Part shown: one piece after another, positions 11,551 through 25,399 of the stretch
How positions within the stretch are numbered: position 1 is the stretch's first letter
Layout: each line of letters begins with the position of its first letter
NCBI GenBank assembly: GCA_030265395.1
Contig: JARFYF010000036.1
Location: 26,099,819-26,163,818 of the forward strand
DNA from: Rhina ancylostomus
Lineage: Eukaryota
Direction: 5' to 3'
Length of the DNA: 64,000 bases
Program-made: the position numbers and the translations under genes
Notes under the pieces: generated by a model
The model's input: only the letters and a program-made list of their open reading frames with translations
Databases searched by the model: none
What the model was told of the DNA's origin: nothing

Positions 11551-14500
11551 CAGGTAAATTTCATGATCAACAGTTTAGATGCATGTTTTTTTCCAACATG
11601 ATAAATCATTTCCTGGTTTAAATTCTGTAGTTGGAGGTATATTATCAACAGGGCATCTAAAGAAGTGTTCATTCATAGCCTAATTGTACATATTACATTT
11701 TGGGTCCAAAATAGATGTGGGTAGCAAGTCTTCCAGACAAACCTAATTCCTCTTGGGCTGAGTCAATTCTTCTAAACATCTGAATACCTGTTGTAATGTA
11801 TGTTACCCAATTCTACATGCAAGGTGAATTATAATAGCTAACTCTTGAGCAAACATGTCTGTTCCAATGATGTCATGTCGCACTATAGACAAATAAAGCT
11901 TGTATTTTTGTTTGTCTGCCAAGAACCATTTTTGCTACAATGCTACAATTCATTTCACTATTCCCTATCCTGGCTAGTTTTCAGGAGTACTTACTCTTGC
12001 AAGCCCAGCAGTTGCAACCCATATTTCTTCATTTCGTGATCACCTTAATTTCTAACGTGTAGAATATGATCGGCTTGGACTATTATGACCAAGAAGTATC
12101 TGACAATTCTTAAAGCATTATATGATGTTTCCTGATATCTGTGTAATCTTTATCCAGGTAAGAGAGAAGAGAGCCAAATATTTAGGGCCAAGCTACAAGC
12201 ACGTACTTTTGGACCAGATCTTGTTTAAGTTAGCCCACTGCAGATATTCAGTCATCTGGACAGAATGCAGATGGCCATGCAGTGAAGAACAGAAGGCTCT
12301 ACCCCAAAACATCCCCGACAGGCGTTGAAAGAAGCCTTATCTTCAGTTAAAACTGTGTGGCACATCTATAATTTTTAAATGTCTCTAATGCTGAAAGACA
12401 TAAAAAAAAGCTATTAAAATATAAGTAAATAATTAAAAATTAATTCAAGTCATTATACTTAGAAGTAACTAGAAATATTAGCTTTAAAGCAAATTACTTG
12501 CCTTTCACTTCATCTACTAATGCAAAGACCAAGAAGGCCCACTGACATCATTGGGGTCTCCAGTCTTGCACTGGGTCTGACCTGACATAAAATTATAGGG
12601 GTGGTGGGAAACCTCAGATAGAGTGGCCTGTGCCATTGGACTCCACATGAAGCCCATTGACTGGGGATATTGACAGATTGTAATGGTATCTGTCACTCGG
12701 TGGGTCTTGGACTTCCACATTTCACAGTGTATGCACATGAGTATACTAGCTGAAGATTCAGTAACTAAAGATCTGTGGTTCTGATTGGACTCCAGTCTAG
12801 CATAACTTGCTGCTTAATTCCTTAGAAGCAATTTCAGGAACTTTTAAGGCCAAATGGAAGAAAGTGAATGGTTTAAAGATTTTAAACTAAAGTAAACATG
12901 TAATTAAATGTGCTTTACACTTTTTGGCTTGGAATCATTGTTGTTGATATTGTTAGTGCTTTCATAAGAATCAATTTGCAATTTCTCAGAATTGTCCTGA
13001 TCACTTTCACAGAATCAGTTTGATAATGAATGTTTTTATTACTTATTGTTTTGAAATATTTTTCACATTTTGTGCAACTGAGCTGGCAATGTTGGAACCT
13101 GTCATCACTGATCTCATTGGTGTTATTACTTGGGCGGAAACTGAGCACATTCCAGTAAAGTTTAACTTGAGTTGACAGAAAACCATTTGTAGTTATTTTC
13201 AAATATGCTATTTAAAAAAAAGTCTAAAAGGGAAGTCAAAAAGATATGCTTCATTTTAACTGTAAAAAGATGTTAGATTGCAGACAAGCATTCAAGAATG
13301 CATCATAAGCAATAGGATGTAGTCTATAAATAAGTCTTTTGCTCTGGATTTTTCTCTAGCCCTTGGTTACCACCAATAATTTGCATGTTAATAATAACCA
13401 CTAAAGTTATAAGGGGCATTGGAAAAGGATTGACAAAATATTAATGAATCCCATTTTCTTGAAGCAAGAGATTGGTTGACACTATCAAAGACTACTTTTA
13501 TTTTACACCACCATATTAAAAATAATAGAAAGGCCTGCATTTCCCATTTTTAATTTTCCATTTATACTAACTTAGCTAATCTTATCAGGTTAGCTTGCTT
13601 ATTAATTGTGATAGAGGAAAGCAAATGAGGACATTAGCCAGAGTTCCTTGTCCTGAATACTATCCTAAAATCCCTGGAGGAAAATCCATGTATGTGGATT
13701 TTGAGAGAAGGCAGCCAGGCTGGACAGTGTTTACTCTTCTTCCCACCATTAGCTATCACCCATGAATCATCATCCTAAGGAGGGAAGAGGAAACTTGGAG
13801 AGTGAAATGAAAAAGACTCCTCTCTCTCAAATATGAATGTGTCCTTTGTGACCCAAAAATCCAGTGCTTGCTGAAATGCTACTTGGGGAAGCTGGAACTT
13901 TTCAATTCACTTACTCCACTGCTGCCTCTGAGTTTTTATCAAAGTTATTTACCACAGTTAACAGCTGTTACCCTGGGAGTGGAAACGTCACTGGCACTAG
14001 AAGAGGAAGCTGGTCAAAAAAAGCTTGTGCACATTTTGTTTCAGTAATGTCCCAGTGTCACACAATCACCTTTAACCGTGCCATATATTCAGAAATCTTG
14101 ATCATGTGCAAGTATTTCAAAAGCCATTGGTTGAGTTATTTTGTGTTCTAAAAATAACATTCAGGGTGTACATATCTTACAGTACAAGGAAATGCCCTAT
14201 AGCATGTTTCACTTAACAGACTCTGCATTTGCAATAGGAAATTAAAAAGTTTTCATTTTTATTCGCTGCCTAAATACTTAAGCTTTAAACCTTAGCTAGT
14301 TCACAGAAGTTGAAATGTGTAGTTTATTTTTTCTCGAAGAAAGTGAAACTGAGTGGAGTTCTAAAGCTGCATGTATATTAAACAGACACATGAACAGCCA
14401 GTCCATGGGCTAATGTAACAACTTGACCACCTGGTCTGCTTTCCAGAAAATTTCAAGTTTTTTTAAATTGTTTTCAGATTATGTAAATCTTTGTACACAG

Positions 14501-15099
14501 CAGAAGCCTCTTGTACTATAGCAGATGCCAGGAATTTGAGGGTAGAGACCAGAGTAGTTGCAGATTTTCCACCCACTCATTTTCTTTTTGACAAGGTTGG
14601 GTCAGGAGCATCATAATCTCAGAAAGAAAGAATCACAGAGATTGAGGAAGAGAGTTAAAACTGGGAAAAGCCAATCAGATAGTAAGCATCAGGTAAAGCT
14701 CTATTAAAATTCAGTCGCCTTGTTTTTGACCTCCAGTCACTCCTGGCCATCTGGTGAAATTTGTGTTGTGACTTGTTAGCTACTCAACCTGCTAATAGTT
14801 GTATTCAGAACTATCAACAACAATGCTTAAACTTAAACATGTTCCCTGAAAAATTTAAGAGGCATGCAAATGTCTACTTCGTGCAATATATGGCCTGCAA
14901 AACTCTTGGAATTTGCTTAATTCTTTGGGGGAAAGAAGTGATTCTTTACTGGATTTCCTCTGGTAGATTAAANNNNNNNNNNNNNNNNNNNNNNNNNNNN
15001 NNNNNNNNNNNNAAAGTGACAATCCTTTCCTCATTCCACCCTCTATTTCTCTGTTCTCATTGTTCTCTGCCAATATCGTAACAGTGATCATAAAGTACT

Positions 15100-15270
15100 A
15101 GCTTGTTGCAAAATCCACTTATGTCTGTCAGCCTCATCTGGCTTAAATGTGACGCTAGATCTTCCGATATAGTAGGCTCTTAACAGCCTCCTCAATTCAG
15201 GAGCAATCATGGAAGGACAGTAAATACTGGGCCTTGCCAGTGGCATCCACATCCTATATTTCAATACACA
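15100..15270 (+). mobile_element. Old SINE/LINE 3' tail fragment; related copies at about 31840-31930 and 55470-55800
   Basis: Shared motifs ctggc..atgtgac..ctcttaac and taaatactgggccttgccagtggcatccacatcc. Confidence 0.5.
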
Positions 15271-15785
15271 AAAAAATACAGGGAACTTTAGATTAAGGAA
15301 GAAGTTCAGACAAGAAGTTATTTCTGTCTGGTCTTTGCTGCCTTTATTTCCTACTTTTCGTTGAGAGTAGACTTAGTTCTGTAAAATTAGTTGCCAAACC
15401 TATAGGAGGCTTAAAAACCATTATTTAAAAACCAGTTGCATCAATGCTGGATGGACCACTCGTGATTACCAGAGGAAATTCTGGGGTCCTCAATGCCCTG
15501 TTCATGATCGTGGAATTGATGCTGAGCAATGACTATATTTTCAAAAGAAGCAAGTGTTTTGACTTGAAGCTCATGTTGATGTTAGCAGTGGGGTAATTAA
15601 TGCTGCTCCAACTTTTAACTAACTGTTAACTTTGAAGTAACTCAGAGACTATCAAAAACAATTTTGTTATGCAGGTGAATAATNNNNNNNNNNNNNNNNN
15701 NNNNNNNNNNNNNNNNNNNNNNNNNNNNNNNNNNNNNNNNNNNNNNNNNNNNNNNNNNNNNNNNNNNNNNNNNNNNNNNNNNNTT

Positions 15786-16229
<444 letters not shown>

Positions 16230-16959
16230 TAGCTCTCTGAACCTTCTGAGTTTATACATCTCATTATAATTTATACAGCTTTTTTTTAGCTTGATTCTAT
16301 TTCTAACCTAATTTATTGATAGTGGGTGGGTGATTTATTCTTCAAGTAAAGCTATGTAAAAGTTTTGTTTTATACTAAAACTCGCAAATGTTCTACTGGA
16401 CAGCTTGACCAATTATTTTATTTCTGATCCCTTCAAGGTTCACCTTACTTAAATCTAAAACCTTGGTTTGTGCCATTCTTCATTCTTTCAAATTGAATTT
16501 AATCATATTGTGGTCACTGTCTGAAGATATCCCTTTACTGTCTTATTTTAAGAATATAGACTCCTTGCTTGCTCACCATTAAATTGACTGCAACCTTATC
16601 TCTAAAACCTTATCCCAGAAAACTCTCGTCCATGAATTCTAAAATTGAGTTGTCTTCCTACTTAAGCTGTTCTGCTTCTCCAGGTCTGTAAAAGTTAAAA
16701 TCTGCCATTATAGCATCTGCATCTGCTGTATACATCCCTGATCTCTGTATTTGTATACTATCATCCCCAATCACAACTAACAGTAGGTCTAAGGACAACT
16801 GAGTTTGTGTCCTTTTATTAATCTTTAGTTCCTACATTTCAATGTGTTGTCATCCCTCCTAGAAATTCACTGTTGAGTTTTCATCCATTGTTGCTGTCAC
16901 TCATGGTGGCGTTCTATTTGTTGATACTGCTTGGCAGAGTTGAACAGAAGATGTAGAAA

Positions 16960-17584
<625 letters not shown>

Positions 17585-17801
17585 TAGAGATGGTGAAGTT
17601 CTTCAAGCAGAACTGTAGTTTTGTTGCATGAATCATGCCTCTCTTCACACCAGCAATATTTATCAAAACATCTACTCACTACATCTGTGAGGTTGATTCT
17701 CTTAATGTCATACTGCACTAGTTAAATGGAGTCTTAGTCCTGATTCAGGTCCTTATTTACACTTAAAATTGATTCAATGGGAAAACTGCATCATGTTAAC
17801 C

Positions 17802-17845
17802 TGCAGTCAAAGTCAAGTTTATTGTCATATGCACAGGTACATGTA
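17802..17845 (-). mobile_element. 44-bp 5'-truncated retroposon tail flanked by a 15-bp target-site duplication
   Basis: tgcatcatgttaacc occurs at 17787-17801 and 17846-17860. The insert agtcaaagtcaagtttattgtcatatgcac is an antisense AATAAA plus short-repeat LINE tail. Confidence 0.65.
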
Positions 17846-18093
17846 TGCATCATGTTAACCCTCAAATTGTAGGGTGAATACAATGTTATGCATCTGATAG
17901 TTATCTTGTAACCTATGACTAGTACCTCCAGTCAATTTACTCAATATGACTATTAATAACAAACATGCAATAAATTATTTTGCAAAGTGCTTTTATTCAT
18001 TTTCTAAATTCATGCTCCATTTAATAAGTGAGTTGTGGAAATATGCTAAAGTTTGAAAGAGAGATGGTGAAAGAATACATTGAAGTTCAATGA

Positions 18094-18336
<243 letters not shown>

Positions 18337-18987
18337 TGAAGTGCCAACTATAACCAGAGAATGGGACAGTGCAAAAAAAAGTAACTCAAACCATCCATTT
18401 TAGTTTTGACTCATTAAGGTCTGCACTTGCATTTTTGCACCATGTCCAAAGTAAGAATTATTTTTAACATTGACTGTAGGCAGTGTATTTTCCATGTTAA
18501 ATGTTTTCAGTAACTTTTTTTTTTAAATGTAGTAACAAATATTCTACAGAAACTTTTTAAAAAATCACCAGTTCTTGGATGGCTGAACAAAAGGTTTATT
18601 TTTGCTGAAATAATGTTTAAAATAATATTGGTACTGTATTTTCATTGACATCACAATTTATTTTTTCTTGTGCACTATTTTTATACTGAAGGCAGTACTC
18701 CCATATCAGACACTGGGTGGTATAGCCCCTTATACAGCAATATCCATTCGGTGTTTCATAACTAGAAAAATAGTTGAATTATTTCAGAACCACATAAAGA
18801 TCTTATAACAGAGTGTTTCTTTAATATGCACAGCTGTTGTATTCACATAGATAGTAGTTATAGGAAATAACTTAATCTATTCGTAGAAAGCTTGAATCAT
18901 CTAGTCCCAGAATCTGTAAAGTGTAGAGAGTTACTTAAAAAAAATTGATGAAAATAACAAGTATTTGATAAAGATTGTAAATATTTT

Positions 18988-18993
18988 AATAAA
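18988..18993 (+). terminator. Putative HCK polyadenylation signal AATAAA
   Basis: First AATAAA I found after the stop, about 650 nt downstream at the end of an AU-rich tract. Confidence 0.55.
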
Positions 18994-20834
18994 GATTATG
19001 AGAACCAATGGAATATCTGCCAATTCTTCTTATGTGAAGTTAATATTAGTCAGGTAAGCTCAGGAAAACTTAGAATACTGAGTTCAACAACCTACTTCTG
19101 ACAGAATGATGCTCTTAGCTTAAAGATAAAGCTCCAGGTTGATTTGTTTGAAGGTTAGAGTATTTATTTTGTCCTGTTGGAATAAAACCAAGCAGGGTCC
19201 ACTGTCCAAACTATACATAAAACTTGCAGTTTGGAGCTTGAGTTACTGGAAAAACATCCATTTTTCTGCAATGGGAACTGTACCTGCAAACAAGTGAGCT
19301 GCAGAAATTTCTGTAGTCCACCAGAATTGTCTTTGGGACAGAAGGAATGTTCCTGCTCCTGCAGCTTGATAAGAAAAGAGATATCTACTGAAGCAAAACC
19401 AGTGAAGTAATTCTAATCTATAAACATTTTAAAAAGCCATTAATTTTATTGGCCTCTTTTATTGTTTGAATATATTTGTTTTTAAGTTTTTTTTCAGGTG
19501 TGTAAGTTTTGGGAATAATTTATGGCAATGAATGTGCTTGATGCCATTTGTAACAAGAGTACATCATTGCTTTGTTTAATATGGATCAGAGTATGCACAT
19601 GCTCTAAGGTTTATAAACTGCATTTGTTTTTCACATGGCTTGAAAGAATGAAATTATAATTCCAAAAATATACCCGTTCACAATGTATATTTGAATTAAT
19701 GCTTGAAGTGTGAAATAAAGTGCCTTAATCTCAATATTGCTAGTTCTGAAATTTGTCAAATCAAAAACATGGAATTGATAGTAATTCTGTACTCTAAAGT
19801 GTACAAATTTACATCTGATCTTTACAAATATTTTCATAGTAGTCTTAATATTCAGAGTGGATTTCTTATCAGCAATGTTTTCTTGTACTTCGTCTTTAGA
19901 TTTCAAACACATGCTCTTATTTTCCCTATGCACAGCAACTGCAATGGCCAACAGTCCCAACAAAGAACAAAAGAGGAATCTAGGGTTGTACTTCCCCACT
20001 TTCCAAAGAGGGGCAACTCATTGCATGATGCATCACGGAGCATACCATCCAGTGCTGAACGAAACCACCTCTTCTCAGTTCCACACTCACAGCTTTACAT
20101 GAATAGTTGAAGTATTGTTTTCTTTAGTCTTTGAAAAATATCTTAGAGTGATGTATCTTCATTTCTCTTAAACTTGCTCATAACATGTAAATGATAAGTT
20201 AGTTACAAATCCTAGTGTCTGAGAATTATATGATTTTTTTTTCTCCTTTGTAAAACATAAAGCCAAAGTTTTAGTGAGAATTACCCACCCTGAGTACAAG
20301 ACCCATTCATTACTTCCCCAGATCCTGCCCAAACTCTCTCAGTTGCATTACAGAGTATTAGTTGCTTTGGTCCATGGAGAGCAATGGAATTATAGAATTC
20401 AAGATCTGTATCTTGACCTGGTCAATTTAGTTTTCCAAAAAAAGTGAGCACTTAAAACATCAGCTTTTAATTGTGTGGCATAAATGTGAGAGCTATAATC
20501 TTCTCCATTCTGAAATCAGAGTTTTGAAATACCTATTCAGAAAAATCCTTAGCTCTTTTTATGCTCTTGCATTTCCAGAAGCAGAAAACATTGGAAAATC
20601 ATCAAAAATATATACTTCAGCTGTAGCCTTGTACATTCGGTTGCAAATTTTGTTTCTTAATTCATAATTTGATCTGATTTGCTCAGCCATTCCTGAAATT
20701 AACTTATTGGTAAACCACATGCTGAAACTGAGTAAGTGTGGTGGGAAAGTTTTCCAGCTTCAGTGTAGGATCTTCCTTTAGCCCGTCCCAATCTCAGTGT
20801 GTGAAAATAACATGATTATGGAGCAGTGATTAAG

Positions 20835-21070
20835 ACCACTAGTTTCAATACCTGATCTGTGCTTGTTTGGACTGATCTCAGCCAGGGTGATAAAACACAA
20901 AATCTGCAGGATCCTATCAGGATGAGACTGTGAAAATCATTCAGGGTCTCTGTTTCTGATTATCCAATGATATACCATCCTTGTTGGATGTGTGCATGTG
21001 GGGATTAGATGGGGACAGGATGTCACAAATAGTCATAACATGTCCAGCAGCTGATGTAAGAGAAAAACAG
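20835..21070 (+). mobile_element. Ancient tRNA-derived SINE-like repeat; related copies at about 13590-13830 (+) and 51400-51520 (-)
   Basis: Loosely shared motifs tctgtgct..tt(a)gctgatctcagcc and cagggt..c.gt.ctgat..tatcca. Confidence 0.4.
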
Positions 21071-21099
21071 TTAAAATATCATGCCAAAAATCTATCTGA

Positions 21100-21205
21100 A
21101 CTGTTCTGATGAAAGCTATTAGTCTGAGACAGTAACACTGTTTCTCCTACCAAAGGTGTTGCCTGACCTGCTGAGTATTTCCATTTTCATTTCATGTTTC
21201 CAAAT
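21100..21205 (+). repeat. Penelope-derived terminal repeat with hammerhead-like motif
   Basis: TGTT-CTGATGA-AAGCTATTAGTCT-GAGAC-AGT-AACA, followed by ctgtttctc...gcctgacctgctgagtatttcc. Confidence 0.55.
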
Positions 21206-22300
21206 TCAAGTTAATTTGATCTCATAAGATGACACCAAAGTGTGGTAACACCATGAGTGACCGACCCTCTGATTAGATTTATGTATGAAGAATAACAAGA
21301 GGAACCAGTCAATGGTCAATACCCAAAGGTCCTATTGATCATGAATCAAGAGGGTGGGAGGAAAGTTCTATCTCTGTATAAGATACTGAAAGCAGCAGAT
21401 TTAAAAATTATCAAGAACCCCATACCATCGAGATATTGAAATGTATAGTAAATATTTACAGCCCTTTTGTCAGACAGCAGCTTAAAAATCAATTCCATCT
21501 CCATGGCTGACTTCTTGCCCAGTGACTTATTCCCCCATTTCCTAATTTGCTGGCTAACTGATTTCCCACATGATTTTCTGCAATAGACTAAGATGGCAGA
21601 TGAGTGGTCCTTGTGCAAGAATCAGTGTGCCATGCTTGTTCTATCATGCACAATGTCTTAGTCCATGTGCATGATGAAACTTCATTGCTTGAGCACCTCA
21701 CACACATAATTGGCACGGTCCCCCTCCCCCTCCACCCCCCACCCCTGTGCTCAGTCACTTTAATGTGCATTAGGAATTATAGCCCCTTATCTGTTGTGTT
21801 CTCTTTCTGTTGTGTGCTGTCGCTCTTTTATTTGACTAAACTCTTTTTATTCTTCAATAGTAATCTAGATGTTGGCCAAGATCCAATCCTGCCAGGGCAA
21901 GGTTACTGATATGAGCAAGGAGTAAAGCAGAACTGACTCCTGTTAGCTCTTTTTCCCACTTCCTTGCTCCATGCCATTCCCCCATAACCATTTGCCTTTT
22001 CCCTACCCCTCTCTTTTTTATTCCTCCTATTTTCCTTATCCTTGAAGCTTCCCACACTCTTGTGTCTTCCTTTTTTCTTTACAGGCACCCTCATTTCAAA
22101 AATATTGTTTCAGGCAGTTCTTCCCCAGGTTTGGAGTCCTCACCTCCCGCCACTCAATTATTTCCGAAATGAAAGCTGGAATCCACAGTGATTAACGAGG
22201 AACTGGCCCAGAGACTCAAAGGGCCATTGAAAGTGATGGCCTATCATGGCTGAGGAAGGAGACACATTTTAAAAGACCGGTGCATAGTTTTGGAGGAGCA

Positions 22301-22319
22301 GCAGCACCACCTAGTGTCA
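22301..22319 (-). promoter_or_regulatory. Candidate CTCF site
   Basis: Reverse complement TGACACTAGGTGGTGCTGC closely matches the core CCACTAGGTGGCGCTG. Confidence 0.5.
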
Positions 22320-23574
22320 TAAAGAATTAAAGTAAATTCAGAGAATTAGAAGTTTGGTAGGGGGGCCAGGCATTGTTGTAGAACTGAAGTACTGGCCTAT
22401 TCTCCCCCTTTTCCCCCTCCCCCATTTCCACTATTTTTTGTTGCCACTAAAATAGCATTCTGGATCATGCTATTGCACTTTGTGAAAGTTACATAAACAG
22501 CGAGAATTTCAATTTTTGAAGCACACAGAGCTTTGCGTTGTCAGAATTTCCTGTGTAATGCAATGCTGAAGTTCACCATCAATTTCAGCACAGCATTCCC
22601 CACTGATATGTTGAAAGTTCTTGCAATTTTCAGCACTGTAGTCCAGCAACCACAACCTAGGTCTTAAAGGGCCATTGCACTTACAACCACAGGGGAGAGT
22701 TGCTCCTGAATGAATGGCTGCCAAAACAGTGAAGACTGGGGATGGTGTAGTGGAGTGCTCCCATGTATCCATGGGACCAGGATGGGCTGGTGAAGAACTG
22801 TGCCCTAGGAGACTCTGTCTCTGTTCATCGAGTCTCTCCAGGGTAACAGCTAGGCATTCCTGACAGGAGGCTGCAGGAAGGTCTCTGTAATCATACAAAT
22901 GCAGTTATAAATGCCTGCCCTTTGGGAAGTCTGCAGTGTAGGCAAATGTCTGTGCCCACTTAGCCTGCTCTTTGAGCTAAAGGTAAAGTGAAGGAAATCC
23001 TACCTTGTGTATTGAGTTTGGATNNNNNNNNNNGACAGAGATTAGCAGCAGCTGCCTGCAATGACACTGAGGTTTGGAAGTTGGAAGGATTCTTCAACCT
23101 TGCCTCCATGGGCTGAGCAATAAAGGCAAAAGGCAAAAGTAAGGTTGTATTTGAATTCACAGAAGATCCCAGATTGCTATGAAGATAATGAACGCAGTGA
23201 GTGCTGTTCCTTTCAGGGAAAACTAGCTAAAAAAAAACCTGGTTTAACTGTGACTAAATATGGAGTGTCTTTTTTTTCAGACCTTTGAGGTTGAGAATCT
23301 CAGTACAGTCAAGATTTGTTGCGCTTATGTTAAATGTCTTTTGGGACAGATCTACTTCAGAATAAAATTGTTAGGACAAAGGTGGGCAGTTTTCCACATT
23401 GTCAGGAAGATGCCAGTGTTGTAGCTGTGCTAGAACAGCTCATCTGGAGGGATGACTTGATCTACAGAACAGTTCTTTAGTGCTACAGCCAGGAGTGCTA
23501 CAGAGAGTAATACAGACAGTGCTACAGTCTCTTGCCTTGCCTTTCTTGTATCCAGTGATCTCTAGCTATTTCTT

Positions 23575-25365
23575 GATATCAGGCAAAGAAAAACCTGGGA
23601 ACTATAGACCAGTAAGTCTAACATCTGTGATAGGTAAGTTGTTGGAGAGGACTCTAAGGGATAAAATATATGTACATCTGGAAAGACGAACTGATTAGGG
23701 GTAGTCAGTGTGGCTTTGTGCACAGGAGATCATGTCTTATGAACTTGACTGAGTTTTTTGATGATGTGGCCAAGAAAGTCGATGAGGGTAGGGCAGTAGA
23801 CGTGGTTTATATGGACTTCAGTAAGGCTTTTGGTAAGGTTCCACAGGGTAGGCTGCTCTGTAAGGTTAGATCGCATGGAATCCAGGGAGAGCTGGCTAAT
23901 TGGATACACAATTGGTTTGATGGTAGAAAGCAGAAGTTGATAGTGGAAGGTTGTTTCTCAGACTAAAGGTACACGACTCACGGCGTGCCTCAGGGNNNNN
24001 NNNNNNNNNNNNNNNNNNNNNNNNNNNNNNNNNNNNNNNNNNNNNNNNNNNNNNNNNNNNNNNNNNNNNNNNNNNNNNNNNNNNNNNNNNNNNNNTCTTT
24101 ATTAGTCACATGTACATCAAAACACACAGTGAAATGCATCTTTTGCATAGAGTGTTCTGGGGGCAGCCCGCATGTGTTGCCACACTTCCAGGGCCAACAT
24201 AGCACACCCACAACTTCCTAACCCATACGTCTCTGGAATGTGGGAGGAATTGACACTGGCCTTTGCTGTACACATTCAGGCCTTCAGTGTGTTTTGTACC
24301 AGAGGCATGGAAAATCATGGATAAGGTGATGTGCATAATCAGCAACAGATTTTTGCTCTCTCCCTCCTCACCATTCCCTTGATAAGGGTTAAAATGAAGA
24401 CTAAAGTTCAATGATGAGGGTTGCAAAATTGGAGTAGAGAAATCCTGCAGACCAGAAAGCTGAACGGCATGGAACAACCTTTCATCTCTGTGACAGATCA
24501 ATCAGGGAAATAATACAAATAAACAGTCTGATTCACAGCAGCACCAGCAACCAGGGGCTGTGATTTCACCTTATGGACAGGTAAGTGTTACATATTATGG
24601 TGGCTCGGGCAGAATTCTATGTGTCAGGAATATGGACCAGGGATGGGATCTACACAATTAGACCTCAACATCTTCATTACTTCCACAACAACGACAGCTC
24701 ACTTTACTTGTCCTGATGATGAAGAAGGCTTTTGCAATGCTGGCCTTCATCAGTCAGGGCATTGAGTATAAAAGTTGGGAGGTCATGTTGCAGTTGTACA
24801 GGACATTGGTGAGGCTGCACTTGGAGTATTGTGTTCAGTTTTGGTCACCCTGCTACAGGAAAGATGTTGTTAAACTGGAAAGAGTGCAGAAAAGATTTAC
24901 AAGGATGCTGCCAGAACTTGAGACTGAGTTATAGGAGAGCTTGGACAGGCTAGGACTTTATTCCTTAGAGTGTAGAAGACTGAGAGATGATCTCGTAGAG
25001 GTGTATAAAATCAAGAGGGGAATAGACAGCTGAATGCACTTAGTCTTTTTCCCAGGGTTGGGGAATCAAGAACTAGAGAGCATAGGTTTAAGGTGAGAGC
25101 AGAAGGATTTAAAAGGAACTTGATGGGCGACTTTCTTAAACAAAGGGTGGTATCTATGTGGAATGAGCTGCCAGAGGAAGTAGTTGATGCAGGTACAATA
25201 ACAATTTTTAAAAGACAGTTGGACAGGTACATGGATTGGAAAGGTTTAGAAATCAATGGGCCAAGCGCTGGCAAATGGGACCAGCTTGGATGGGACATCT
25301 TGGTTGGCATGGACCAATTGTGTCAAAGGGCCTGTTTCTGTGCTGTATAGCTCCATGGCTCTATG
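23575..25365 (+). mobile_element. CR1 LINE ORF2 (RT to 3' end), split by a gap and inserted sequence at about 23996-24715
   Basis: KEKPGNYRPVSLTSVIGKLLE; SQCGF..RRSCLMNLTEFF; VDVVYMDFSKAF; KKAFAMLAFISQGIEYKS..LYRTLVRLHLEYCVQFWSP; QRVVSMWNELPEEVVDAGTI. Confidence 0.9.
24096..24255 (-). mobile_element. tRNA-derived SINE, 3' part (same family as 33700-34015)
   Basis: tctttattagtcacatgtacatcaaaacacacagtgaaatgcatc...ggaatgtgggaggaa is nearly identical to 33703-33858. Confidence 0.8.
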
Positions 25366-25399
25366 TGGAGTAAATCAAACTGACTGAAGAATCTCCTCT

